NCBI GenBank assembly: GCA_049472355.1
Contig: JBLIRP010000045.1
Location: 1-31,167, forward strand
Direction of reading: 5' to 3'
From: a bacterium
GTDB taxonomy: Bacteria > SZUA-182 > DTGQ01 > JAFGSM01
DNA: 31,167 bases
A program made the translations under genes and the position numbers. Below the pieces are notes generated by a model that was not told the DNA's origin, searched no databases, and saw nothing but the letters and a program-made list of their open reading frames with translations. Of this stretch, positions 1 through 9,409 are shown piece after piece. Numbering within the stretch: the first letter of the stretch is position 1; each line of letters starts with the position of its first letter.

Positions 1-1336
1 GGTTTCTCTTCAGATATTCGAGCACCCGGGCGGTCCATCCGGCAACACGCGCCACCGCAAAGATGGGGGTGAACATCTCCGCATCGATTCCCATGGACCG
101 GTAGACGAGGCCTGAATAAAAATCAACATTGGGAAAGATCTTCTTCTCCTTTCCGAGGGTGGATACCACCTCCCGCTCCAGCGCCCGGGCCACGTCGAAG
201 AGCCCCTTCATCTGGGGGTGTTCCTGCACCAGCAACTTCGCCAGGGGGCCAAGGACCCGGGCCCGGGGATCATATGCCTTGTACACCCGGTGCCCGAACC
301 CCATCACCTTGTGATTGCCCTTTCGGGCGTCCTCGTACCACGACTGCACGAACTCGACCCTCCCGATCTGTTCCAGCATGTGCATCACCTTTTCATTGGC
401 GCCGCCGTGGAGGGACCCGTTGAGGGCGGCGATCCCCGATCCGATGGAGAAGTAGATATCGGACAGGGTGGAGGCCACCACCAGGGTGGCGAAGGTGCTG
501 GCATTCATGCCATGGTCCGCATGCAGGATCAGGCATATGTCCATGATACGCTCTTCAAGCGGTGTGGGACGCTGACCGGTCATCATGTAGAGCACATTGG
601 CGGCATGGCTCAACTCCGGATCGGGCTCCAGGGGCAGGTGGCCGGTGCGCAACCGGGCAATGGAGGCGGCAATGCTGGCCACCCCGGAGATCAGGTGGTA
701 ACAGCTCTCGATCCCCTCGGCGCTCAGGAGCTGCGCCTCCATTTTTCTCTGCTCCCTGTAGGTTTGTTTGTGGAATTCATAGATGGATTTCTTGTCCCCG
801 GCAGGCACCGTCTCCATGGGGATGGAGTCCTCGTCCGTGGCGATAAACACCCCCGGGGTTTTTGCGGTTTTCTTGTCGCGGTAGGTCTGTTTCTGGCGCA
901 TAAGATTGACGCCGAGACGCAGGGCAGCCATGGTGTTCATCTCTTCGACCGGAAAGCTCATGAGGAGCCGTTCGGTGTCAGGGAGGAGCCGGTATCGGGC
1001 CAGCTTGCGCTTGTACTGGTCAAATTCCTCGGCGGTGGGAAGCCGTCCGTGCAGGAGCAGGTAGGATACCTCCTCGAACGAGGAATGGGCGCACAGGTCG
1101 AAGATATCATATCCCCGGTAGATCAACAGCCCCTTCGAGCCATTCACATACCCTATCTCGCTCTCACAGGCGATGGCCCCTTCCAGGCCCGGGCCCACCG
1201 TACAGGTAACCGGCCATTTTACCTTCCTGGTGAGCTCGGGCTCCGGTCCGGCATCGATTTCCCGGTAGGCCTGCACCTTCGCCTTGAGAATCACTTCCCT
1301 TACCTTGTCGACCTCGGACAATCCTGCCTTGCTCAT
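1..1336 (-). CDS. gltA: Citrate synthase (citrate/2-methylcitrate synthase family), 3' end beyond window edge
   Basis: Manual translation from ATG at 1336 (AAGGAG SD upstream): GLEGAIACESEIGYVNG..LIYRGYDI..SFEEVSYLLLHGRLP, ILHADHGMNASTF, GPLHGGANE, HRVYKAYDPRA, FPNVDFYSG, FTPIFAVARVAGW. Absent from the ORF track because no stop lies in the window; prpC/citZ not excluded. Confidence 0.93.
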   Translation of the reverse strand, partial: MSKAGLSEVDKVREVILKAKVQAYREIDAGPEPELTRKVKWPVTCTVGPGLEGAIACESEIGYVNGSKGLLIYRGYDIFDLCAHSSFEEVSYLLLHGRLPTAEEFDQYKRKLARYRLLPDTERLLMSFPVEEMNTMAALRLGVNLMRQKQTYRDKKTAKTPGVFIATDEDSIPMETVPAGDKKSIYEFHKQTYREQRKMEAQLLSAEGIESCYHLISGVASIAASIARLRTGHLPLEPDPELSHAANVLYMMTGQRPTPLEERIMDICLILHADHGMNASTFATLVVASTLSDIYFSIGSGIAALNGSLHGGANEKVMHMLEQIGRVEFVQSWYEDARKGNHKVMGFGHRVYKAYDPRARVLGPLAKLLVQEHPQMKGLFDVARALEREVVSTLGKEKKIFPNVDFYSGLVYRSMGIDAEMFTPIFAVARVAGWTARVLEYLKRN

Positions 1337-1437
1337 ATGTTACTCCTTATGTTCAGATCTCACCGTCGTCGCGAATACTCTTTTCTTCATTATACCCCAT
1401 AAGGCACCGATCGTACGACCAACCAGGCTGATCAGGC

Positions 1438-2958
1438 TCACATGCGTCTTTCAAAGACAACCGCATTGGGGGCGTTCATGGTCATTGCCCACACGCGGCT
1501 CACCCGAAGCCAGGGGGTCATGAGCTGAATCTCCCATGACCGCTTGTGCAGGACAATGACCTCGATAGTGTACCGTGCCGTCAATTGGGCGAAGTAATAG
1601 GGGTTCCGGAGCTGCTGGAGGGTGTTGAGGAAATCCCCGTACACCTCCCACCTTCCGTCGAGCGACACCTGCTTGCGCGGATACAGCTTCCAGATCAGAT
1701 ATCCCCCGATGTCGGAGCTGTTGAAGATATTCCCTTCGAAATCCTTGTCCCGGAGGTACTCGACCGCCTCGGCAGGATAGTAGTCGGACTCCCCGAGGCC
1801 AAATGCCCTCAGGTACTGTAACCGGCGATAGAGTCCATTGGTGGCGACATAGGCACAGAGAAGCCCGATAAGGAGAATCAGGCAGGCACTGGCCGCGGCG
1901 AAGACCGAGGGGCGGAAGATGACCGGCCCGGCGCGTCCCTGTGCAAAGAAATCCAGTATCCCGAAGACATTGTGGATGGTGATGGGCGTTGCTACGATGG
2001 CGAAAAGGGGCATATTCCGTACCGCCAGAACGGACAGATAGAGGAATGCGCCGAAGGGAAGAAGGTGTGCGAAGCGAACGTGCCGCAACCGGCACAGAAT
2101 GACCAGGATGGATATGACCAGAAAGATCTTGTAGATGATGGAAGGGTCGGGAAACCAGGCATGCTTCATGGCAAAGGGGGAGACGAGTTCGGTGATCCGG
2201 GAGAACACGGTCTGTTTTGTGGTGAGCTCCCGGAATATCCTGAATGGATAGAGTATCCCCTCCGTGCCGTTGGCATTGGCGAGAAGCGCGCCGGCGGTCA
2301 ATCCCAGGAGCAGGCCCCTCTGTTTCCATTCCCTGCCGGTGACCGGGACGGGATCGATGAGGGAGGTGTGTCCGGAAAGCACCGCCTGTATACCATCCCC
2401 GAGGAGATACAGAAACACGAACACCACGCCCAGGATGTGAAGCCCGTGCATATTTGCCCAGAGCGCCTGGCACAGGGGGATGATCACCAGGAACAGGCGC
2501 GGATGTTCGGAAAAATGCTCCATGCAGTACAGGAATAGCGCCAGAAAGAGAAAGGTGAACAGCTCCGGCCGCAGGAGAAACCGCTGAAACGAGATGAACA
2601 GCGGGAAAAGACACACGAGTATGGATAGGGGGAGGTACTCCTCCCGGTATATGGTGAACAAGAGGATGAGGAAGGTAAGGGTCAAGAGGAGGATGCGGAA
2701 AAATATGACCCCGGTGGCGCCCCCGAGTACATACCAGCCGAACAGGACCACTTGAAACAACCAGTGGGAATCGACCCATTTGTTTCCCCCGGCAATATAC
2801 GAGAATATGTCTTGGGTGGGTATGGATCGGTTGGTGACGATATATTCCCCTGCCTTCAGGTGCCAGCCGAAATCGAAGTTCACGATCCTGAAGAGCCCCA
2901 GAAAGACCACGATGGTGATAAAGGAAATGATCACTGCGTACCGCAGGATACGTTTCAT
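1438..2958 (-). CDS. Polytopic integral membrane protein, GT-C glycosyltransferase-like
   Basis: Likely start MKRILRYAV at 2958 (GGGGTG upstream). Many hydrophobic segments; motifs DFGWHLKAG..DIFSY, RPELFTFLFL, LWANMHG, and a C-terminal soluble domain with FNSSDIGGYLIW/DGRWEVY. Function is inferred. Confidence 0.7.
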   Translation of the reverse strand: MKRILRYAVIISFITIVVFLGLFRIVNFDFGWHLKAGEYIVTNRSIPTQDIFSYIAGGNKWVDSHWLFQVVLFGWYVLGGATGVIFFRILLLTLTFLILLFTIYREEYLPLSILVCLFPLFISFQRFLLRPELFTFLFLALFLYCMEHFSEHPRLFLVIIPLCQALWANMHGLHILGVVFVFLYLLGDGIQAVLSGHTSLIDPVPVTGREWKQRGLLLGLTAGALLANANGTEGILYPFRIFRELTTKQTVFSRITELVSPFAMKHAWFPDPSIIYKIFLVISILVILCRLRHVRFAHLLPFGAFLYLSVLAVRNMPLFAIVATPITIHNVFGILDFFAQGRAGPVIFRPSVFAAASACLILLIGLLCAYVATNGLYRRLQYLRAFGLGESDYYPAEAVEYLRDKDFEGNIFNSSDIGGYLIWKLYPRKQVSLDGRWEVYGDFLNTLQQLRNPYYFAQLTARYTIEVIVLHKRSWEIQLMTPWLRVSRVWAMTMNAPNAVVFERRM

Positions 2959-3709
2959 TGACACCCCGCCTTGGCGATGATGAGCGACATGCCGCCCAAG
3001 GGTGTGAACGGCCGTTATCGCCTCCGATGTGGGCAATGCTCGTTTTGAGCCTTCATACATGGAGCATGTGGACATGTCTGTTCATAACGATGCAATGTCA
3101 CAATCAGCATTGCCGTTCCGGTATCACTATACTTGACACACATGCGGTTCGTCAATTGCCGGCCATGACCCTCACAAAACCATGCGGCACAGCGCCGCAC
3201 ATCCTCCCGGACGGATCAAGCCGTCACTGTTGCCGGGCAGCACGAATTACCAAGGAACAGCAGGATAAATGATCCGCCGTGCAAAAATTTAAGGAAGACT
3301 TCCTGTACCCGGCCGTAAACATGTCCGCCGCAGCGATGTAATGGCACAATTGGAATTGCCGGGTTACGAAAGGGTGCATAAGATTCCTATATACTATATA
3401 ATAAATACTATCCAAAACACCCTCGCGACCGTTTGGCTTGCGAGAGGTATACAATGTTGTTCAACTGGATTTGTTATGGCCCCTGAATAGGCCGCCATGT
3501 TTCAATCCGATTTCGCAAAGCCATGTTCACGAAAAAGGCATCACGCCGCTGGCCTTCCTTGCAGGGCATGGAATGCACGGATACGTTTGTTCCGAAAATA
3601 GATTTTCATGCCTCGTGGTGTCACAAGGTGGTATGAGGGTTTGCTGCAAAAAACTGATATTTCAAGACCTGACCCCATTTTGCTGTGCCACCCCGGGCAG
3701 CCGTGAGAA

Positions 3710-5860
3710 ATGGGTGATGGTATACCTATGAAGGCAATAGAAACGGAAGGCACCGGCCACACGCCTGAGCTGCCCATACGAAAAAAGGCTCCCATTAAGC
3801 CGGGGAAGCACACGGTGCGAAGGAACCAGAAAAAGACCAACAAGCCAAAGAAGGTTCCTTGGGGAGGAGAAAGGATCTGGCAACCGGTCGCCGGCATGTT
3901 TGCAGTGCTCTTTATCCTGCTATGGCTGAATGAAATCTTCGATCTTCCGCACCATATACTGGGAACCATTCAAACCCCCATCAATTGGGCGCAGGCCCTC
4001 ATCGAATCGGCCGTGGTGCTGGTGGTCGGGGGCCTGACCATAGCGGTGCTCATCCGCAACGCCTCCATGAGGCTGGAGGCCGAGCAGGTGGTGGTCGAGG
4101 CCCGGGATCGGGCGCAAACGTACCTGGATGTCGCCGGGGTCATTCTCCTTGTGATCGACACGGATCAAAGGGTGGGGCTTATCAATAAAAAGGGGTGCGA
4201 AATCCTGGGGTATGAGGAAGGGGACATCGTGGGGAAAAACTGGTTCGACCACTTTCTCCCCGAACGATGGCGGGAACGGGCCAGGTTCTTCTTTGAACAG
4301 TTGATGAATGGGAAGAAGGGGCTCGTGGAATACTATGAAGGGCTGATTCTCACCACCGAGGGGGAGGAGAGGATCATTGCATGGCATAACACCGTGTTGA
4401 AGGATGAAGCGGGTAGGGCAACCGGGATCATGTGCTCGGGTGCGGACATCACCGAGCGAAAGACAATGGAGGAGACCCTCAGGGAACGGACCCGCGACCT
4501 TTCCCGCAAGGTGAAGGAGATCAATTGCCTCTACGCCATATCCCGTTTTATGGAACGTAAGGACACCTCGCTGCAGAAAATCCTCCAGGGGATCGTGGAT
4601 CTGATCCCCTTGGCCTGGCAGGACCCGAAAATCATATGCGCCAGAATCAGCATGGAAGGGGCGACGGTCACAACATCGCGGTTTGATGAAACCCCCCTCA
4701 AGTACTCGAGCGATATTCTCGTGCACGGCAGGAAAATCGGCTCTCTCGATGTATTCTGCCTTGAAAAGCACCCCAGTGAGCCTCCCCTTTTTGTCGAGGA
4801 GCGGGATCTCCTTGAAACCATTGCCGAACGACTGGGGAAGATCATAGAGCGAAAACGCTCGGAGGACGAGACCAGGCGGCTCAAGCAGCAGATCGAGTTC
4901 ATTCTGGGGGCCACGAATACCGGGCTCGACATCATCGATCCCCTGTGCAACATTGTGTACGTGGATCCCGCATGGAAAAAGAGGTATGGGAATCCGGACA
5001 ATAAGCGGTGTTATGAATACTTCATGGGCAGAGACACCATATGCCCCGGTTGCGGCGCCATGAAGGCCCTGGAAAAGAGGGATGTCGTGGTACACGAGCA
5101 GATCCTCACCAGGGAAGGAAACAGGCCGGTTCAGGTGACCTCCATACCCTTCCGGAACGAGATGGGGGACTGGCTGGTTGCCGAGATCAATGTGGACATC
5201 ACGGAGCGAAAACAGGCGGAGGAGAAGATTCGGCAATCGCTCGCAGAGAAGGAGGCGCTTCTGAGGGAGGTCCACCACCGGGTCAAGAATAACCTCCAGA
5301 TCATCTCAAGCCTGCTCAAGCTCCAGGCGGAGCGGGTGCAGGACGAAAATCTGAAAAGGGTGTACCAGGAGAGCAAGGGAAGGATCTCCAGCATAGCCCT
5401 GGTGCACGAAATACTCTACCATTCGGAGGACCTTGCCGAAATCGATCTAAAACAGTATATTATATATATATCACGGAATATCTTTAAAATTTTCGGTGTG
5501 CCAGCCAAGGATATTGATATTAGTGTGGATGTTCATGGCATCAACCTGGGAATCAACCAGGCCGTTCCTATCGGTTTGGTTCTCAATGAGATCATATCCA
5601 ATTCCCTGAAGCATGCGTTCTCCGAAACGGGAACGGGAGCAATACGGATCGGCGCACATACAAGCGGGGATGGAGTAATTGAATTGACGGTGAATGATAA
5701 CGGGAAGGGGATTCCTGATGGGATAGATTACCACAATGCAAAAACCTTAGGGCTTAGACTCATCAAGGGATTGGTTGAGGAACAGCTCAAAGGCGAAATA
5801 CTCCTTCAACGAAATCAGGGGACCCGCTATACCATACGATTCAACCGCAAGGATCTATGA
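3710..5860 (+). CDS. Membrane-anchored multi-PAS sensor histidine kinase (HisKA_2 type)
   Basis: Two N-terminal TM helices, PAS/PAC domains ending DITERK twice, H-box LREVHHRVKNNLQIISSLL, N-box NEIISNSLKHAF, G1 DNGKG, G2 LGLRLI. Start may be 3728. Confidence 0.92.
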   Translation: MGDGIPMKAIETEGTGHTPELPIRKKAPIKPGKHTVRRNQKKTNKPKKVPWGGERIWQPVAGMFAVLFILLWLNEIFDLPHHILGTIQTPINWAQALIESAVVLVVGGLTIAVLIRNASMRLEAEQVVVEARDRAQTYLDVAGVILLVIDTDQRVGLINKKGCEILGYEEGDIVGKNWFDHFLPERWRERARFFFEQLMNGKKGLVEYYEGLILTTEGEERIIAWHNTVLKDEAGRATGIMCSGADITERKTMEETLRERTRDLSRKVKEINCLYAISRFMERKDTSLQKILQGIVDLIPLAWQDPKIICARISMEGATVTTSRFDETPLKYSSDILVHGRKIGSLDVFCLEKHPSEPPLFVEERDLLETIAERLGKIIERKRSEDETRRLKQQIEFILGATNTGLDIIDPLCNIVYVDPAWKKRYGNPDNKRCYEYFMGRDTICPGCGAMKALEKRDVVVHEQILTREGNRPVQVTSIPFRNEMGDWLVAEINVDITERKQAEEKIRQSLAEKEALLREVHHRVKNNLQIISSLLKLQAERVQDENLKRVYQESKGRISSIALVHEILYHSEDLAEIDLKQYIIYISRNIFKIFGVPAKDIDISVDVHGINLGINQAVPIGLVLNEIISNSLKHAFSETGTGAIRIGAHTSGDGVIELTVNDNGKGIPDGIDYHNAKTLGLRLIKGLVEEQLKGEILLQRNQGTRYTIRFNRKDL

Positions 5861-5870
5861 GGGACGCATC

Positions 5871-6881
5871 ATGCAGGGGACAAAGCCAAGAATAATGATC
5901 GTTGAGGACGAGTTTGTTGTTGCGGAGGATATCAGGGAATGCCTGGAACACCTGGGATATGCCATTTCCTCCACCGCATCGTCGGGGGAGGAGGCATTGG
6001 AAAGGATCGAGCAGGATGCCCCCGATCTGATCCTCATGGACATTGTACTCACCGGGGAAATCGACGGCATTGAGACCGCCTGTCGCATTGCCGGAAGACA
6101 CCACATTCCCATCATCTTTCTCACCGCCCACTCCGAGGACACGATGGTGCTGCGCGCAAAGATGATTGAGCCCTATGGATATATCCTCAAGCCCTTCGAC
6201 GACAGAAGCCTTCTCGTCAATCTCGAGATAGCGCTTCAACGGTCTCAAACGGACCGGCAGCTCCGGGAAAACGAGAGGAAATTCCGCGAATTCGTTGAGG
6301 GCACGGATGACCTCATCATCAGGATAGACACGCAGGGAAATCCTGTGTATATGAATCCCGCCGCTATGCGGATTCTTGGTCCTCAATCGGAGGAGCCAAG
6401 CAGTGCCACCATCCTGGAATTCCTTCACCCCGAAGACAGGGGAACAATGGAGAGGCTTCTCTATACCTGGATGAGGGACAGGAAGGATGACATGTCAATC
6501 GAGAACCGGATCATCGACCGGGATGGCACCGTCCGCGATATACTCTGGGAGATGAACTGGTACTGTAACGACCGGGGAGAGGTTGCGGGGATGAATATGA
6601 TCGGCCGTGATATCACGGAATTAAAGAGGGGCGAGGATGATCTCAAGGAAATAAACAGGCACCTGCGTGAATCCCTTGCCAAGATAAAGCGGCTCAGCGG
6701 ATGCTATTCCATGTGCGGACATTGCAAGAAGATACGGGACGAAAAGGGCCAGTGGCGGCATGTGGAGGAGTATATCCGAACCTTCTCCGATGCGGACCTC
6801 ATTCACACCATTTGTCTCGAGTGTTTGAAAAAGATCTACCCGGATATTTACCACAAGGACATGGGAGGGAAAAAGGGTTAG
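5871..6881 (+). CDS. Response regulator: receiver + PAS + C-terminal Cys/His zinc-ribbon-like domain
   Basis: IMIVEDE, DLILMDI, IIFLTAH, YILKPF receiver motifs; PAS ending GRDITELK; C-terminal CGHCKKIRD...HTICLEC. ATG 5871 follows GAGGG, 10 nt after the kinase stop. Confidence 0.9.
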   Translation: MQGTKPRIMIVEDEFVVAEDIRECLEHLGYAISSTASSGEEALERIEQDAPDLILMDIVLTGEIDGIETACRIAGRHHIPIIFLTAHSEDTMVLRAKMIEPYGYILKPFDDRSLLVNLEIALQRSQTDRQLRENERKFREFVEGTDDLIIRIDTQGNPVYMNPAAMRILGPQSEEPSSATILEFLHPEDRGTMERLLYTWMRDRKDDMSIENRIIDRDGTVRDILWEMNWYCNDRGEVAGMNMIGRDITELKRGEDDLKEINRHLRESLAKIKRLSGCYSMCGHCKKIRDEKGQWRHVEEYIRTFSDADLIHTICLECLKKIYPDIYHKDMGGKKG

Positions 6882-6938
6882 CCCGGGGCCTTACGGCATT
6901 GCATGATGGGAGGGAAAAAAACCGACCCCCTGTACTGC

Positions 6939-7406
6939 TCATCCCCCCTTCGACTCATTTCTTCTTTCGTGCTCATAGAGAAATCTGACGAAATTCAGCA
7001 GCTCCTCCCTCCTCTTAAAGGAAAGCTGCTCATACACGTGGAAGATGTATTCGAGATGCGGATCAAGCCGGACTACGTCATCGGGTGTAAGGTGTGCCGT
7101 TCTTCCCACCAGGTAGTCAACGGTTACATTGAGGGCATCGGCCAGTTTCTTCAATGCCTCTGATTTCAATTCCTTGACTTGACCACTTTCCAACCTGGAG
7201 ATTGTTGCCGGGGTAATGCCCGAGGCCCTGGCAAGTTGTCTCTGGTTCATGTTCAATTTCTCCCTCTGCGCCCTGAGCACATCCCCAAGGGTATTGCCCA
7301 CCCCGGGTTTCTTTGTCTTGGCGCCCTTGAGGGCGATAAACCATTCCTCCAGGTTCTCGTATTCCTTATCGTGGTTCATGCCCGCCATCCCTTTCATGCC
7401 TCCCAT
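6939..7406 (-). CDS. XRE-family helix-turn-helix transcriptional regulator
   Basis: LRAQREKLNMNQRQLARASGITPATISRLESGQVKELKSEALKKLADALNVTVDYLVG is a typical HTH_3 pattern. Start ambiguous (7406/7397/7388/7379). Confidence 0.9.
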   Translation of the reverse strand: MGGMKGMAGMNHDKEYENLEEWFIALKGAKTKKPGVGNTLGDVLRAQREKLNMNQRQLARASGITPATISRLESGQVKELKSEALKKLADALNVTVDYLVGRTAHLTPDDVVRLDPHLEYIFHVYEQLSFKRREELLNFVRFLYEHERRNESKGG

Positions 7407-7777
7407 TAAAAAAATGGGCGGCGTGTGTTACGGTGCAGCAATGCTGCGATGCAACCACGAAAATCTTCCGCCGGCGAAAAACCCTCAATGCCTTGCCCCC
7501 CGATCCTCCAACAAAATCGGCCCACCGTGCACGGCATCGTGTTGTAGTCAATAACCATTATCGGTCGAATGCACATCAGTGCATCGGATTCCTTTTCTAC
7601 CATATATATCGTCCGATCTGCCAAGACCATTGCATGCAGTTCACCTGCTTCCCGGACAACGGGCCTTGCATCCATTACAAAAAGGCGTGTAGGCGGCAAT
7701 GGAGGGAAAGGGGATAGGGCCACGGCACAAGGAGAAAGGTAGTCATACCATACCACGATGAGGAAAAAGGGGCGAGA

Positions 7778-7812
7778 TAAAAAAAGAGGGTGGCATTCTT
7801 ACCACCCCCCCC
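7778..7812 (-). terminator. Intrinsic terminator
   Basis: Minus strand GGGGGTGGTA-AGAA-TGCCACCCTC followed by TTTTTTT. Confidence 0.75.
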
Positions 7813-8057
7813 TTAGCCGCTTAAACAGAGTGAGCAGAAACTATGATGGTGCGGCTAATTATCAAATATTAGCAGCTCATCCCATAACTCATAGTTTCAT
7901 AAAGGATCAGTGCCGGAAACCGGTCAACCCTTTGTACCCACAGTTATAAGACGAGTACTACTACGATACAATCGACCGATGGCACAATCACTCTCACCGT
8001 CGACCTATACTCAGGGTTGATAAAACGGTAGGCCGGCATAGAGAGCGAACCCTTTAT
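7778..8057 (-). ncRNA. Candidate structured sRNA or attenuator leader (~280 nt)
   Basis: Lies between a sigma70-like promoter (8064-8092) and a terminator, with no convincing ORF. Nested inverted repeats 8051-8060/7896-7905, 8033-8038/7911-7916, 8013-8020/7924-7931, and a second hairpin 7889-7898/7837-7846. Confidence 0.5.
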
Positions 8058-8063
8058 GAATAT

Positions 8064-8092
8064 ATCATACCTGAAATATGAACAAGTTTCAA
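8064..8092 (-). promoter_or_regulatory. Sigma70-type promoter
   Basis: Minus strand TTGAAA-17 nt-TATGAT; predicted TSS ~8057. Confidence 0.55.
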
Positions 8093-8163
8093 CACATATT
8101 TAAGACGGAAGCCATCCCCTGTTTCTTACGGAAAAGTCTCATACATCGTAATCACGCCCCGTA

Positions 8164-8373
8164 TGCATCAACCAAGCTTGCCAGGGCGGAGCGCAGCGGA
8201 GCCTCTATGCTCCTCTCCCCAATCCTAAAAAAGGTCACAAACTCACCATCCAAGCTTGCCAGGGCGGAGCGCAGCGGAGCCTCTATGCTCCTCTCCGCAG
8301 TCCCCAAAAGGCTCAATAAACTCACCATCCAAGCTTGCCAGGGCGAAGCGCAGCGACGCTCCTATGCTCCTCC
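8164..8373 (+). repeat. Tandem ~78-bp REP-like repeat, 3 copies
   Basis: CCAAGCTTGCCAGGGCGGAGCGCAGCGGAGCCTCTATGCTCCTCTCC starts at 8172 and 8250, with a variant at 8329; the linkers are also similar to each other. Confidence 0.9.
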
Positions 8374-8519
8374 CTCCATTACACAAAAATCCTCGTGAAC
8401 AGCCATTGAAAAACCCTGTCAACAAGCCCAGCCACCAAGTATTGATGGGTGACAGGCCGATATAAAGGGTAAGGATCACGTGAGGCCTGTAAATCGATGC
8501 AACCTTAAGGGAACCACAC

Positions 8520-9365
8520 ATGTTGAATCTTATCTCATCCATCCGAAACATTGCCATTCGAAGGCATCTGAAGGAAAGGGCGCTTGTGTGGAAGATGTTC
8601 ATCCCCCCCGGGAAATATGCCATCATCGGCGACAACCATGGTTTTCTGGATATTTACCGGGAAACCGTCTATGAAATCATGGAAAGGCACCACGATATAA
8701 AGGGCGTGTTCCATCTTGGAGACATGTTCGGCGCCAATGCCCCCCTCGAGGAGTGTATCGAGTGCCTCCGGTTCACCATAGAAAACCGTATCATCGCCGT
8801 CAAGGGGAATCACTGCCGGAATGTGTTGAATTGTGACACCAAGCACAAATATTCCCCGAGAAAGGACAAATACAACCGGCAGTTGTACGAGCTATTGATT
8901 GAACAGCCCGATCTGTACAAAAAAATGCTCCGGTTCCCCGACAAGATCGAAAACGACTATTTTGAACTGGTGCACTCGAGCGTGTACAGGCCATACTATT
9001 CCAACACCCGGTACAGCAACGAGTTCTGTGTCACCTATGACCTGGTCTCACGCCCTGTATTTGCATCCCATGAGCATAGATTTCAAATGACCTTCAAATC
9101 CGGCATCGGTGCGAAGAGGACCGATCTGGCATTCGATGAGGAGATCCCTGTTGATACACCCTGCATCATATCGGTACCCACGATGACCTACTCACGGCAA
9201 AGACAGAAATACGAACATGGATACACCATTGTAACCATTCAGGAAAACGGCGCCCTTTCAATCCGCGCCTACCACATGGGGAAATCCTTCACCCGGCAGG
9301 AGCCCCTCGCCAGGGATACCAGGTCGCAGAACCAGATCGCCATCAAGGACATCGAATGGAACTGA
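8520..9365 (+). CDS. Calcineurin-like metallophosphoesterase
   Basis: Five metal-binding motifs in order: IIGDNHG, FHLGDMFG, VKGNHC, LVHSS, FASHEH. Confidence 0.8.
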   Translation: MLNLISSIRNIAIRRHLKERALVWKMFIPPGKYAIIGDNHGFLDIYRETVYEIMERHHDIKGVFHLGDMFGANAPLEECIECLRFTIENRIIAVKGNHCRNVLNCDTKHKYSPRKDKYNRQLYELLIEQPDLYKKMLRFPDKIENDYFELVHSSVYRPYYSNTRYSNEFCVTYDLVSRPVFASHEHRFQMTFKSGIGAKRTDLAFDEEIPVDTPCIISVPTMTYSRQRQKYEHGYTIVTIQENGALSIRAYHMGKSFTRQEPLARDTRSQNQIAIKDIEWN

Positions 9366-9378
9366 TCACCCGCCCGAG

Positions 9379-9393
9379 GAGGGGAAGCCCCTC
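9379..9393. terminator. Small hairpin between convergent genes
   Basis: GAGGGG-AAG-CCCCTC; no U tract, so weak. Confidence 0.3.
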
Positions 9394-9409
9394 GATTGCA
9401 TGAAGGGAT

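Noticed and set aside
218..1402. 394-aa plus-strand ORF
   Set aside because: Antisense shadow of the citrate synthase, which has all family motifs on the minus strand.
6861..6919. 14-bp direct repeat ATGGGAGGGAAAAA at 6861 and 6906
   Set aside because: Low complexity, only 45 bp apart, and no associated element.
7830..7880. tmRNA tag-like peptide (AANYQILAA) on +
   Set aside because: No stop after LAA and no tRNA-like GGGG.../...CCA ends.
7896..8060. Retron msr-msd or 6S RNA identity for the rod
   Set aside because: No reverse transcriptase in the window; no recognisable 6S sequence or usual zapA/ygfA context. Left as an unassigned ncRNA candidate.
8172..8373. CRISPR array (47-bp repeat with ~31-bp spacers)
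   Set aside because: The spacers resemble each other (AAAAGG..AAACTCACCAT), there are no cas genes, and a diverged inverted copy includes the spacer.
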